Under the pieces are notes generated by a model, which did no database searches, had not been told where the DNA came from, and saw only the letters and a list, made by a program, of their open reading frames with translations. Shown here in pieces: positions 42,246-50,080 of a stretch of DNA of 64,000 nucleotides. Each line of letters begins with the position of its first letter. Positions within the stretch are counted from its first letter, which is position 1. Source of the stretch: Myxococcota bacterium (GTDB taxonomy: Bacteria > Myxococcota_A > SURF-8); contig OZ223209.1 in the NCBI GenBank assembly GCA_965140415.1, positions 1,952,001-2,016,000 on the forward strand. Direction: 5' to 3'. The translations under genes were made by a program, and so were the position numbers.

Positions 42246-42434
42246 ATGCCTGAATTGACCGATACCCAGGTGCTGATTCTCTTCGTTGCCGCCTGGTTCA
42301 TCTTGCAGCGTTTCATTCTGCCCCGCCTGGGCGTGTCCACCTGAATGGCCGAATCCTGTCGCGTGCCGACGGAAAACAAATCCTCCCAAACGGAACCGCA
42401 AGCTTCCGACACAGACGAAGACGAAACGAAGTAG
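42246..42434 (+). CDS. Candidate small membrane selenoprotein, 62 aa, UGA at codon 33 (U-M-A-E-S-C)
   Basis: AAGGAAG RBS, ATG 42246, one TM helix, in-frame TGA 42342-42344, frame continues to TAG 42432-42434. SECIS-like hairpin directly 3' of the TGA. Confidence 0.62.
42354..42373 (+). promoter_or_regulatory. Putative bacterial SECIS element
   Basis: Stem UCC-(bulged U)-GUCG / CGAC-GGA with apical loop CGUGC starting 17 nt after the UGA. Confidence 0.55.
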
Positions 42435-42637
42435 CGCAGGGCAACTTGCTGCATTGCAAGGTTTTAGGGGGGAATCCATTTCCGGGAGGCCGTGTGTAAC
42501 TTAATGAAAACACACAGCCTTCCACGATCTAGGATCGCGTAAGACTATGGCACAAAATCAAGGAATCAGTGGCTATAAATGACGGATACCCAGTTTAGTC
42601 GTTCAGATTGTGCGTGAGCGAAAACCGTTGGGCGAGT

Positions 42638-43225
42638 TTATTTCTCTTTCCCTTTGCGTTGGGCGGCTTGCTGCTTGGCCTTTTCCGGGCCGGTGGGTTC
42701 CAGTCGCGCCAGCATGACGTGCGACTCCATGAAAAAGCCCGCCTGCCGGTAGAGATTCATGGCGTTGTCGTTTTTCTGCAACACATTCAAGCGCAGAAAG
42801 CGCGCGCCCGCCTTTTGCGAACGGCGCTTGAATTCGTTCATTAGCCGTTTGCCGATGCCCATCTGGCGGTAATCCGGGGCCACCACCAGTGAATACAAAA
42901 AGCCGATGGTCTCCGGGAAAAAGAGATCCTCGTCCACGCCGTACCAGGCCACACCCACGATGCTGCCCTCGATCACCGCTACAAGCACCTTGTGCTTTTC
43001 CTGGCGGTACCACTGCGCCAGCAGTTTGCGATGCTCGCGAATCAGTTCCGCCTCGCGCAGAGGACGCCCGGAGAGCGGGTGGATGTCCCAGTTTTCCCGG
43101 AGGTTGTCGCGATCCACCGCCCAGACCTGTCTCATTTCCTCCGGTTTGGCATAGCGAATCGAAACCCGCCCCTTACGCGAAGACGCCGCCGCTTTGGCTT
43201 TCGTGGCTGTCCCCTGCTTCTCCAC
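42638..43225 (-). CDS. GNAT-family N-acetyltransferase
   Basis: LVVAPDYRQMGIGKRL acetyl-CoA motif, N...A..LY...GF. GTG 43225 follows GAGGT. Confidence 0.88.
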   Translation of the reverse strand: MEKQGTATKAKAAASSRKGRVSIRYAKPEEMRQVWAVDRDNLRENWDIHPLSGRPLREAELIREHRKLLAQWYRQEKHKVLVAVIEGSIVGVAWYGVDEDLFFPETIGFLYSLVVAPDYRQMGIGKRLMNEFKRRSQKAGARFLRLNVLQKNDNAMNLYRQAGFFMESHVMLARLEPTGPEKAKQQAAQRKGKEK

Positions 43226-43230
43226 GATAC

Positions 43231-43626
43231 TTACCTCTTTTTCCGTTGTTGGGATTTCTCCGGCGCCGGGTAGCGCAGTTCCTGCAATTGTTCGCGCTCC
43301 ATGCCGATCCAGAAGTCGTCCGGGTTGCCCGGTGGATGAAAGAGCCATTCCTCGACATTCTGCTTGAATTCGTTCGGCTCGGCCTTGCGCAGAAAGACGA
43401 AGGGCACGCCGTCGTCGCGTAAAAGTTCATCGCCCGGCTGTAACGCATCGGCATCGACCGGACGGCCATTCATCCAGCTTTCCGGCGGACCGGAAGGCGC
43501 GTCTTTGGCGTTCAACTCCGACATTTTACCGGAGAAAAAGCGCACGATCACGCCGAAAAACGCAAAGAATAGAATCACTTTGAGAATCTGCCACCACAGG
43601 GGATTGTCGGCTAACGTCCCTTCCAC
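43231..43626 (-). CDS. Hypothetical single-TM membrane protein
   Basis: Fills the gap between two minus-strand genes with tight spacing; N-terminal hydrophobic helix. Confidence 0.6.
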   Translation of the reverse strand: MEGTLADNPLWWQILKVILFFAFFGVIVRFFSGKMSELNAKDAPSGPPESWMNGRPVDADALQPGDELLRDDGVPFVFLRKAEPNEFKQNVEEWLFHPPGNPDDFWIGMEREQLQELRYPAPEKSQQRKKR

Positions 43627-44387
43627 TCCGGTTTCCTTTTCTGTAAGAACGAGAGCACCCCCTCGCGGGCGTCTTCGGTCTGCATGTTCAGCGCGTGTTG
43701 CGCCAGTAAATACTGCATGGATTCCGCATAGCTCATCCGGTCGATGGCCTGGAAGGCTTCCCGTCCCAACCGAATGGCCGCCGGGGAGAAATCCGCAATC
43801 TTTCCAAGTAGATCATCCACCTTCGCATCCAGTTCTTCCCTGGCTACGACCGCATTGAGCATCCCCAGTTTTTCAGCCTGGGCGGCGGTTACTTGCTGGG
43901 CGGTCAATACCAGTTCCTGCGCCTTTTTGGGACCGACGTGCCGCTGCAACAGCGCCAGAATCAACATGGGAAACAGACCCACTTTCAATTCCGGGCAGCC
44001 CAGACGAACGTCCGGGCAGGCCAGCGCCAGATCACAGGCCAGCAGAATCGCCAGTCCGATTCCCAGGGCGTGACCGTTCACGCGCGCCAGAATCGGCTTT
44101 TGCAACTGGTTGATATCAATCAACAAGTCCACGATATCACGGTTTGCGTCGTAGCGGGAAATGACTCCGGCGTCGTTCTGATCGCGCCCCAGATCGCCTC
44201 CCGCACAGAATACGGTATCGCCAGCGCCTGTCAGCACGATGGCGCGCACGTCGTGATCGTGATTGGCGCGGCTCAAGTTCGCACGCAGAACATTGACGAC
44301 GGCGGACGTGATGCTGTTTCGTCGTTGTGGACGATTGATGGTGATCCAGGCGATCAATCCCCGTTTTTCGTAGAGAACCTCATCCAT
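43611..44387 (-). CDS. Enoyl-CoA hydratase/isomerase family protein
   Basis: ITINRPQRRN, FCAGGDL, KPILARVNGHALG, PELKVGLFP, EDAREGVLSFLQKRKP. Confidence 0.92.
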   Translation of the reverse strand: MDEVLYEKRGLIAWITINRPQRRNSITSAVVNVLRANLSRANHDHDVRAIVLTGAGDTVFCAGGDLGRDQNDAGVISRYDANRDIVDLLIDINQLQKPILARVNGHALGIGLAILLACDLALACPDVRLGCPELKVGLFPMLILALLQRHVGPKKAQELVLTAQQVTAAQAEKLGMLNAVVAREELDAKVDDLLGKIADFSPAAIRLGREAFQAIDRMSYAESMQYLLAQHALNMQTEDAREGVLSFLQKRKPEWKGR

Positions 44388-44524
44388 GACCCACTCTCCC
44401 GCAGCCAATCAATCAACAAAGCCTAGCAGAGCCAGGCAGTGAAGTAAAGGAAATGCGTATTGGCATGAACGCCTGAATATCGGACACGAAATGGATGTTT
44501 ATGCAAGTAGGATAGGGGGTTACC

Positions 44525-44845
44525 TTAGCCGGGGAGAACGACTTTCGGTTCTTCGGGATGCGGCGCGTACAGCATGATCACATGCCCGATTTTCTGAACG
44601 CAGGTGGCCGACGTTTCCGCCTCGATCTGGGCGATGATCAGTTTGGGGTCCAATGCGCAGCCCTTACCGATGCGAACTTTGATGATTTCGTGGTCCAGCA
44701 GCGCCAGCCGAATGGCCTCCAGTTGCGGCAGATCCACTCCGTTTTTTCCAAGGATGACCACGGCGTCCAGATGATGCCCCAACGAGCGAAGATAGCGTTT
44801 TTGTTTTCCGGTCAGTTTCACGTTGCGTCCTTTCGATCCAAACAT
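44525..44845 (-). CDS. yhbY: YhbY/CRM-domain RNA-binding protein
   Basis: LTGKQKRYLRSLGHHL...ILGKNG...HEIIKV...VQKIGH. True start may be the internal GTG. Confidence 0.9.
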   Translation of the reverse strand: MFGSKGRNVKLTGKQKRYLRSLGHHLDAVVILGKNGVDLPQLEAIRLALLDHEIIKVRIGKGCALDPKLIIAQIEAETSATCVQKIGHVIMLYAPHPEEPKVVLPG

Positions 44846-44992
44846 GGATGCACGCCTATATCATGGGTTTATCAAAGATGCAACTGGAGATTTTCAAATG
44901 CTCCAGAATGATTAATAATATTAGGAATTACGGAACGCTACAAGAAGTTACGGAACGCAACAAAATTAATGAATTTCGGTTCATGTTAAACC

Positions 44993-45020
44993 TTGACATG
45001 AAATCTAACAGGAATATAAT
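44993..45020 (+). promoter_or_regulatory. Consensus sigma70 promoter for the Cys-rich lipoprotein gene
   Basis: Perfect TTGACA (44993-44998), 16-nt spacer, TATAAT (45015-45020). Confidence 0.75.
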
Positions 45021-45139
45021 CAAGTATCGGATCTTTTGTAGGTTCGCCACGGGCCTGCCGAAGTAAATCATGTGGAGATCATTACGAAAAGCCCTCGTGT
45101 GTCTCTGGTTTTTTATGTTGAGGGACGGAAGGAAGAGTT

Positions 45140-46234
45140 GTGATGCGAATGGCGAATTACGGATGGTGCAAGTATGGCATGATGCTGGCCTTGTTGCTCG
45201 TTGCCTCTCTGGCGATGCTGCAATGTGATGATTCCGGATCCACGGGTGTTGATGGCGACGACACCACTTCTCAATGTGTTTCGCATCAGGATTGCCCCAT
45301 CGGTTTCTCCTGTAATATAACCAGTGGCGTTTGCGGTCAGGATCCTTACGCGGTGCTGTGCACCTCGGATGTCGATTGCAACGTCGATTATACCTGCTAC
45401 ATTTCAGCGGATTCGCTGGATGGCACCGGCAAATGCGTTCCGATTACCGTTGTTGACGGCGATCCGAATATCGGCGATGGCGATACCAGCACGGGATGCA
45501 CGACGGATGACCAGTGCGAAGCCACCGAGTTCTGCTATCAGGGAACCTGCCAGGACAAGAACCCCACCTGCACCGGCAATGCCGATTGCTGGCCGGGTCA
45601 GTATTGTGATCCCACCGATGGCATCTGCAAGGGTGAGATTGTGATTGATGGTGACAAAGACACGGTCGATGGCGATCCGGATGCGGTGATCGATGGCGAT
45701 GATGACAACGTCGTAGACGGCGATCCTGACACGGTTGACGGTGATGAGGATGAACCGGTCGATGGTGACATTCCGGTCGGTCAGCCCTGCGATCGCACCA
45801 GCGACTGCCCCGTTGGCTCTGTCTGCGGCCCCTCGGGTGTCTGCATCGAGCATTGTCAGACTTCCGGTTGCACGGCTCCGGCCCACTGCAACCCCAACAA
45901 TGGCTACTGCGAATACTGTGATCAGACCTGCGCTGCCAGCCAGTGCTGCAACTACAACGTGGACTTCTGGTACTGCGGCGGCTGCTGTGTACCTCCCTGC
46001 TCCGCGGGTAACGCCTGCCAGGCGGGAACCTGCATTCCGTTGCAGTGCCCCACCTGCTCGCCGGGTGAATACTGCGATGGCGCCAACACCGGTTACATCT
46101 GCGTGGACGATCCCACTCAGGACACCGGCGAAGGCGAGCGCGGCAACGTAAGCTGCCTGCCGGCCAACTCCGCCTGCATCGAAGGCGTGGACATCTGTTG
46201 CAGTGGCACCTGCCTGATGGGCACCTGCCTGTAA
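45140..46234 (+). CDS. Cys-rich probable lipoprotein A with DGD linker and C-terminal C-C-CC-C-C tail
   Basis: Signal ending MLQC (atypical lipobox), CxxxxDC units, VDGD repeats, one 22-Cys module, tail CLPANSACIEGVDICCSGTCLMGTCL. Confidence 0.8.
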   Translation: MMRMANYGWCKYGMMLALLLVASLAMLQCDDSGSTGVDGDDTTSQCVSHQDCPIGFSCNITSGVCGQDPYAVLCTSDVDCNVDYTCYISADSLDGTGKCVPITVVDGDPNIGDGDTSTGCTTDDQCEATEFCYQGTCQDKNPTCTGNADCWPGQYCDPTDGICKGEIVIDGDKDTVDGDPDAVIDGDDDNVVDGDPDTVDGDEDEPVDGDIPVGQPCDRTSDCPVGSVCGPSGVCIEHCQTSGCTAPAHCNPNNGYCEYCDQTCAASQCCNYNVDFWYCGGCCVPPCSAGNACQAGTCIPLQCPTCSPGEYCDGANTGYICVDDPTQDTGEGERGNVSCLPANSACIEGVDICCSGTCLMGTCL

Positions 46235-46257
46235 TCGCACACAGCGCATAAACATGC

Positions 46258-46294
46258 AAAACCGGCGAGTCTTTTCGGCTCGTCGGTTTTTTTT
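46258..46294 (+). terminator. Rho-independent terminator
   Basis: AAAACCGGCGAGTC-loop-GGCTCGTCGG followed by T8. Confidence 0.85.
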
Positions 46295-46401
46295 GTTGAA
46301 CCGATTGTATGTAAGCTGTTACACTTCTTTCATCTGCAACAAGTACAACACATTCGCATCGATATCGAATCCTTGGTAGCGCTGTAGGAAAGGAGCGAAA
46401 G

Positions 46402-47751
46402 ATGGGCCATTTCAAAGGTATTGCATGGCGTTTGGCCGCTTTGCTGATTTCTGGAATTGTCGTAATCGGCTGTTACGATCAGACCTCTTTGACCTTTGGA
46501 GCAGGTGATGAGGATACGGCACCGGGCGGCTGCCGGACCGATCTCGATTGCCCGGAAGGATACTCCTGCGATGCCGATGGGCAATGCGTGCAAGATCCTT
46601 ATGCCAACGGATGCAGCGAAGACAGTGATTGTGTGAGTGGATACGAATGTGTTATCGATCCGAAAACAGGGGAGGGTATCTGTCGCCTGCTGGTTGATGG
46701 CGATGTGGAACCGGAATGCGTGAAAGACGAAGATTGCAGTACGGGGATGATTTGCGTACAGGGAGAATGCCGGATCAAGCGAGATTGCGAGCGCGATGCA
46801 GACTGTCCCCCCAATTTCCGATGTAACCAGCAGACTTGGCAGTGCGAAGAGGTTATTGGTCCTGTCGATGGGGATTTCGATGCGGACCTGGAGCTGGAAC
46901 TGGAACAGGAAGAAGATGCGTTCCCACTGACCTGTCAAGGCACGGCTAATTGTCCGGTTGGATATGTGTGCAGCTTGGATGGAATCTGCATTCCAAGCTG
47001 CGAGCAGACCGGTTGCTTGTATGGCATCTGCAATGTCGAAAGCGGTTTGTGTGAATACTGCGATCCGCCTTGCCCGGATACCCAGTGTTGTAATTACGCA
47101 TTCGACTTTTGGTACTGTGGAACATGTTGCCGACCGCCCTGTCCTCCAAATCAAGTTTGTCAAGCGGGTGACTGTATCAGTGTCGAATGCCCACCTTGTC
47201 CGCCGGGGCAAATATGCGGAGCTGAAACCGGCTTTATCTGCATGGATATCATCCAACCGGATGGCGACGTCGAACAGGATGCGGACCCGGACCTTATACC
47301 ATCGTTCTGCCGGTCTACTGAGGATTGTCCACGCGGGTATGTTTGCAACGAGCAGGGCAAGTGCGAACCTTCTTGCATCCTGACCGGCTGTGAATTCGGC
47401 ACCTGTAATACGAACACCGGAGAATGCGAATTCTGCGATCCGCCTTGTCCGGATGGAAGGTGCTGTAATTACAACATGGATTTCTGGTATTGTGGAAGCT
47501 GTTGCAATCCTCCCTGCGAAGACGGCATGGCTTGTCAGGGAGGAGCCTGCATTCCCCTGCAATGTCCGCGTTGTCCGCCCTGGCAGCAGTGTGGACCGGA
47601 AACCGGGTATGTTTGCGAGGATATCTGGACCGATGGCGATGTGATCTGGGGAAAACAAGGCAAAACAACGTGTTTGCCGGCAAATTCCTCCTGCATCGAA
47701 GGCGTGGATTTTTGTTGCAGCGGCACCTGTCTGATGGGCACCTGCCTGTAA
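46402..47751 (+). CDS. Cys-rich lipoprotein B, paralog of A with two 22-Cys modules and the same tail
   Basis: VIGC lipobox, AGGAG RBS, two CCNYxxDFWYCG modules, tail CLPANSSCIEGVDFCCSGTCLMGTCL. Confidence 0.82.
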   Translation: MGHFKGIAWRLAALLISGIVVIGCYDQTSLTFGAGDEDTAPGGCRTDLDCPEGYSCDADGQCVQDPYANGCSEDSDCVSGYECVIDPKTGEGICRLLVDGDVEPECVKDEDCSTGMICVQGECRIKRDCERDADCPPNFRCNQQTWQCEEVIGPVDGDFDADLELELEQEEDAFPLTCQGTANCPVGYVCSLDGICIPSCEQTGCLYGICNVESGLCEYCDPPCPDTQCCNYAFDFWYCGTCCRPPCPPNQVCQAGDCISVECPPCPPGQICGAETGFICMDIIQPDGDVEQDADPDLIPSFCRSTEDCPRGYVCNEQGKCEPSCILTGCEFGTCNTNTGECEFCDPPCPDGRCCNYNMDFWYCGSCCNPPCEDGMACQGGACIPLQCPRCPPWQQCGPETGYVCEDIWTDGDVIWGKQGKTTCLPANSSCIEGVDFCCSGTCLMGTCL

Positions 47752-47833
47752 ACGTCGAATAGTGTAACGAGTTGACTTTCCTTTGTGAAAACGGGTTTAT
47801 ATGGGCGAATGGTCGGCGAAACGTCCGGTTTCG

Positions 47834-48002
47834 TCCGGTTCTCGCTTACAATGATGGGGTGCATCACAAGAAGTTGCAAATCTGTATGATTATAGGGTGG
47901 CGCGGGCTAAGCCGCAGGCTTGCCCGTGTTCGAGGGACACATGGGCAAGCTCCGTTTCTCTTCGCTTGGCCAATGCCACCCATCCGGTTCTCGCTTACAA
48001 TG
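47834..48002. repeat. REP-like inverted doublet bracketed by an exact 20-bp direct repeat
   Basis: TCCGGTTCTCGCTTACAATG at 47834-47853 and 47983-48002. GGGTGGC (47895) ... GCCACCC (47981) with internal hairpins. Confidence 0.65.
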
Positions 48003-48099
48003 CGGAATACATCGGAAAATTGGTTTACACGGCGGCGGATTCGAGCTAGCATACAAGATGGTTTTTGGAACGCCTAACTGTAAGTGATAGGAAGAAGAT

Positions 48100-49911
48100 A
48101 TGTTCAAATCGAGGTGGATAACTGCTGGTTGTATTTTCATATTGTTGTTCATAGCGGGTTGCAATGGCAACGACACGAACATGATTTTCACCGATGGCGA
48201 CGAGCAGATTCCCGCAGACGGCGACGGGGATTTGGATGTGCCGGAAAACGAAATCGACCAGGAAGTCATTCCTTGTGAAGAAGGCGAGCTACTCTGCGAA
48301 GATGACAGCACCCTGCTGGTATGCAATGCCGAGGGAATCTGGGTATTGAAGAAGGTTTGTGAGAACGGCGAAAGCTGCATCGATGGTAGTTGCCAATCTC
48401 CGCTACCCGACGGCGACAATCTCCTGCCGGATGGCGATGACCCACAGCCCGATGGCGATGACCCACAGCCCGATGGCGATGACCCTCAGCCCGACGGCGA
48501 CGATCCTCAGCCCGACGGCGACGATCCACTGCCGGATGGCGATCAGGTCGTTCATTGTGTGGAACATACGGACTGTGCCTATGGTATGGCTTGCAATCCT
48601 ACCGGTGCCGGTGATGGCTGCGAAATGCGCATGGCGTGCAACGAAGATGCCGATTGCGAGAATCCGCGCCTGATGTGTGCTGAAATGGAAAACTGGAAGG
48701 AATGTGCACCCACACCGGATGAATGCATGGAAGATGACGAATGCGAGTTCGGCTTTGCCTGTCAAGAGGGAGAAGACGGCTATAACGATTGCGTAGACAC
48801 CAACGAGTGCGCATTGTCTACCGACTGTGACGAGAATATGGTGTGCGTCCAAACGGATACGCGCTGGGTGTGTCAACCGGATGGCCAGGCTTGTACCGAG
48901 CATAGCGACTGTGAATTCGGCTACGAATGTCACACCGAGTTCGAGCAGCCGATCTGTTTGTATGCCAGCGAGTGTACCGTCGATGCGGATTGCCCTTCCT
49001 ATCAGCGTTGCCAGGTGGAAGAAAACTGGAAAGCCTGCAAGATCGATTTCAATGCGTTCTGTCAAAGCGATGCCGATTGCGAGTTCGGCGAAACCTGCGA
49101 CATTCTATTTTCCAATTACGGTTCCTGCAAATCCATGAACATCTGTACTTCCGATCGCGAATGTCCGACCGGTTTCGAATGCGAAAGTAACGGAACCTAC
49201 ATGGATTGCGTTGAAGTTGCCCCCTGCGTAACCGATGCCGATTGCGGTTTCGGATTCCGTTGCGTAGCTCAGCAGCCGAAAAACCTTTGTGAATACGCCA
49301 ACCAGTGCAGTTCCGATGCCGATTGCGGCTATATGCAGGAATGCGCCGTCAGCGGCAATTGGACGAGTTGTACCACGCATTTCCCGGATGTGTGCACCGG
49401 CGATGATAGTTGCGCCGAGGATGAATACTGCGACACGCTACTGGGACCACTGGGCGAGTGCCGCTCGAAGAGCCAGTGCTTCGTCGATGAGGATTGTGGC
49501 GAAGGGATGGCTTGCGAGAGCAACGGTACCTTCAATGAGTGCGTGGCTGCCGACCCGGATGCCTGCTGGTTTGATTTCCAGTGCCAGGAAGACTGGCTCT
49601 GCCTGGACAATACCTGCAAGCCTCAATATGAAGGAATGTGTACGGATATCGAGGGCTTGTGGACGGTCTGGATTTCCGACTGCACCTTGATCATGACCGG
49701 CCAGACCTATGAATTCGTTCCGAAAGACGGATGCAACGGGGACATTCGCCTGGGTGATACGCAAGTTCCGGCTGGTTCTTTCGATGAAACGTCTACCAGT
49801 CATTACGATCTGACGATTGCTCTTGTGTTGCAATGTACTTCCGAAGTGACGCTGAACACCGTGATGTCGGTTGATTGCGGTAGTTGCACTGTGCAGTTAG
49901 GTCGGCTGTAA
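48100..49911 (+). CDS. Cys-rich lipoprotein C with PDGDDPQ tandem repeat
   Basis: IAGC lipobox, a dozen or more CxxDxDC units, 7-aa tandem repeat. Confidence 0.8.
   Translation: MFKSRWITAGCIFILLFIAGCNGNDTNMIFTDGDEQIPADGDGDLDVPENEIDQEVIPCEEGELLCEDDSTLLVCNAEGIWVLKKVCENGESCIDGSCQSPLPDGDNLLPDGDDPQPDGDDPQPDGDDPQPDGDDPQPDGDDPLPDGDQVVHCVEHTDCAYGMACNPTGAGDGCEMRMACNEDADCENPRLMCAEMENWKECAPTPDECMEDDECEFGFACQEGEDGYNDCVDTNECALSTDCDENMVCVQTDTRWVCQPDGQACTEHSDCEFGYECHTEFEQPICLYASECTVDADCPSYQRCQVEENWKACKIDFNAFCQSDADCEFGETCDILFSNYGSCKSMNICTSDRECPTGFECESNGTYMDCVEVAPCVTDADCGFGFRCVAQQPKNLCEYANQCSSDADCGYMQECAVSGNWTSCTTHFPDVCTGDDSCAEDEYCDTLLGPLGECRSKSQCFVDEDCGEGMACESNGTFNECVAADPDACWFDFQCQEDWLCLDNTCKPQYEGMCTDIEGLWTVWISDCTLIMTGQTYEFVPKDGCNGDIRLGDTQVPAGSFDETSTSHYDLTIALVLQCTSEVTLNTVMSVDCGSCTVQLGRL
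48406..48543 (+). repeat. 21-bp coding tandem repeat (about 6.5 copies) encoding PDGDDPQ
   Basis: Units such as CCCGATGGCGATGACCCACAG, directly visible. Confidence 0.92.
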
Positions 49912-50080
49912 CAGCTAGAATTTGTTACGAAAATTGTTTTTTGCGCGGCTTGTCTCTTCATGAGACGGCAAAGGTGTTTTCGGTTACGATGTCAGCGGCG
50001 TCCCCTTGACTTTTTTTGTCGACGGGGCTAGTGTGGCTTCGTAGCCTGAAGATAGAAATCGGTATTGCGAGGTAACGAGG

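Noticed and set aside
45404-47658. Long antisense ORFs (283, 323 and 442 aa) opposite the Cys-rich genes, and similar ones at 8258-9460 and 63026-63865
   Set aside because: They are shadow frames of strongly biased sense genes, with no recognisable motifs.
45788-47751. Repeated modules as a diversity-generating retroelement TR/VR pair
   Set aside because: No reverse transcriptase is in the window, and the differences are not adenine-specific. They look like ordinary paralog divergence.
48406-48543. Short regular repeats as a CRISPR array
   Set aside because: There are no spacers, the units are in-frame 21-mers with synonymous variation inside a CDS, and no cas genes are present.
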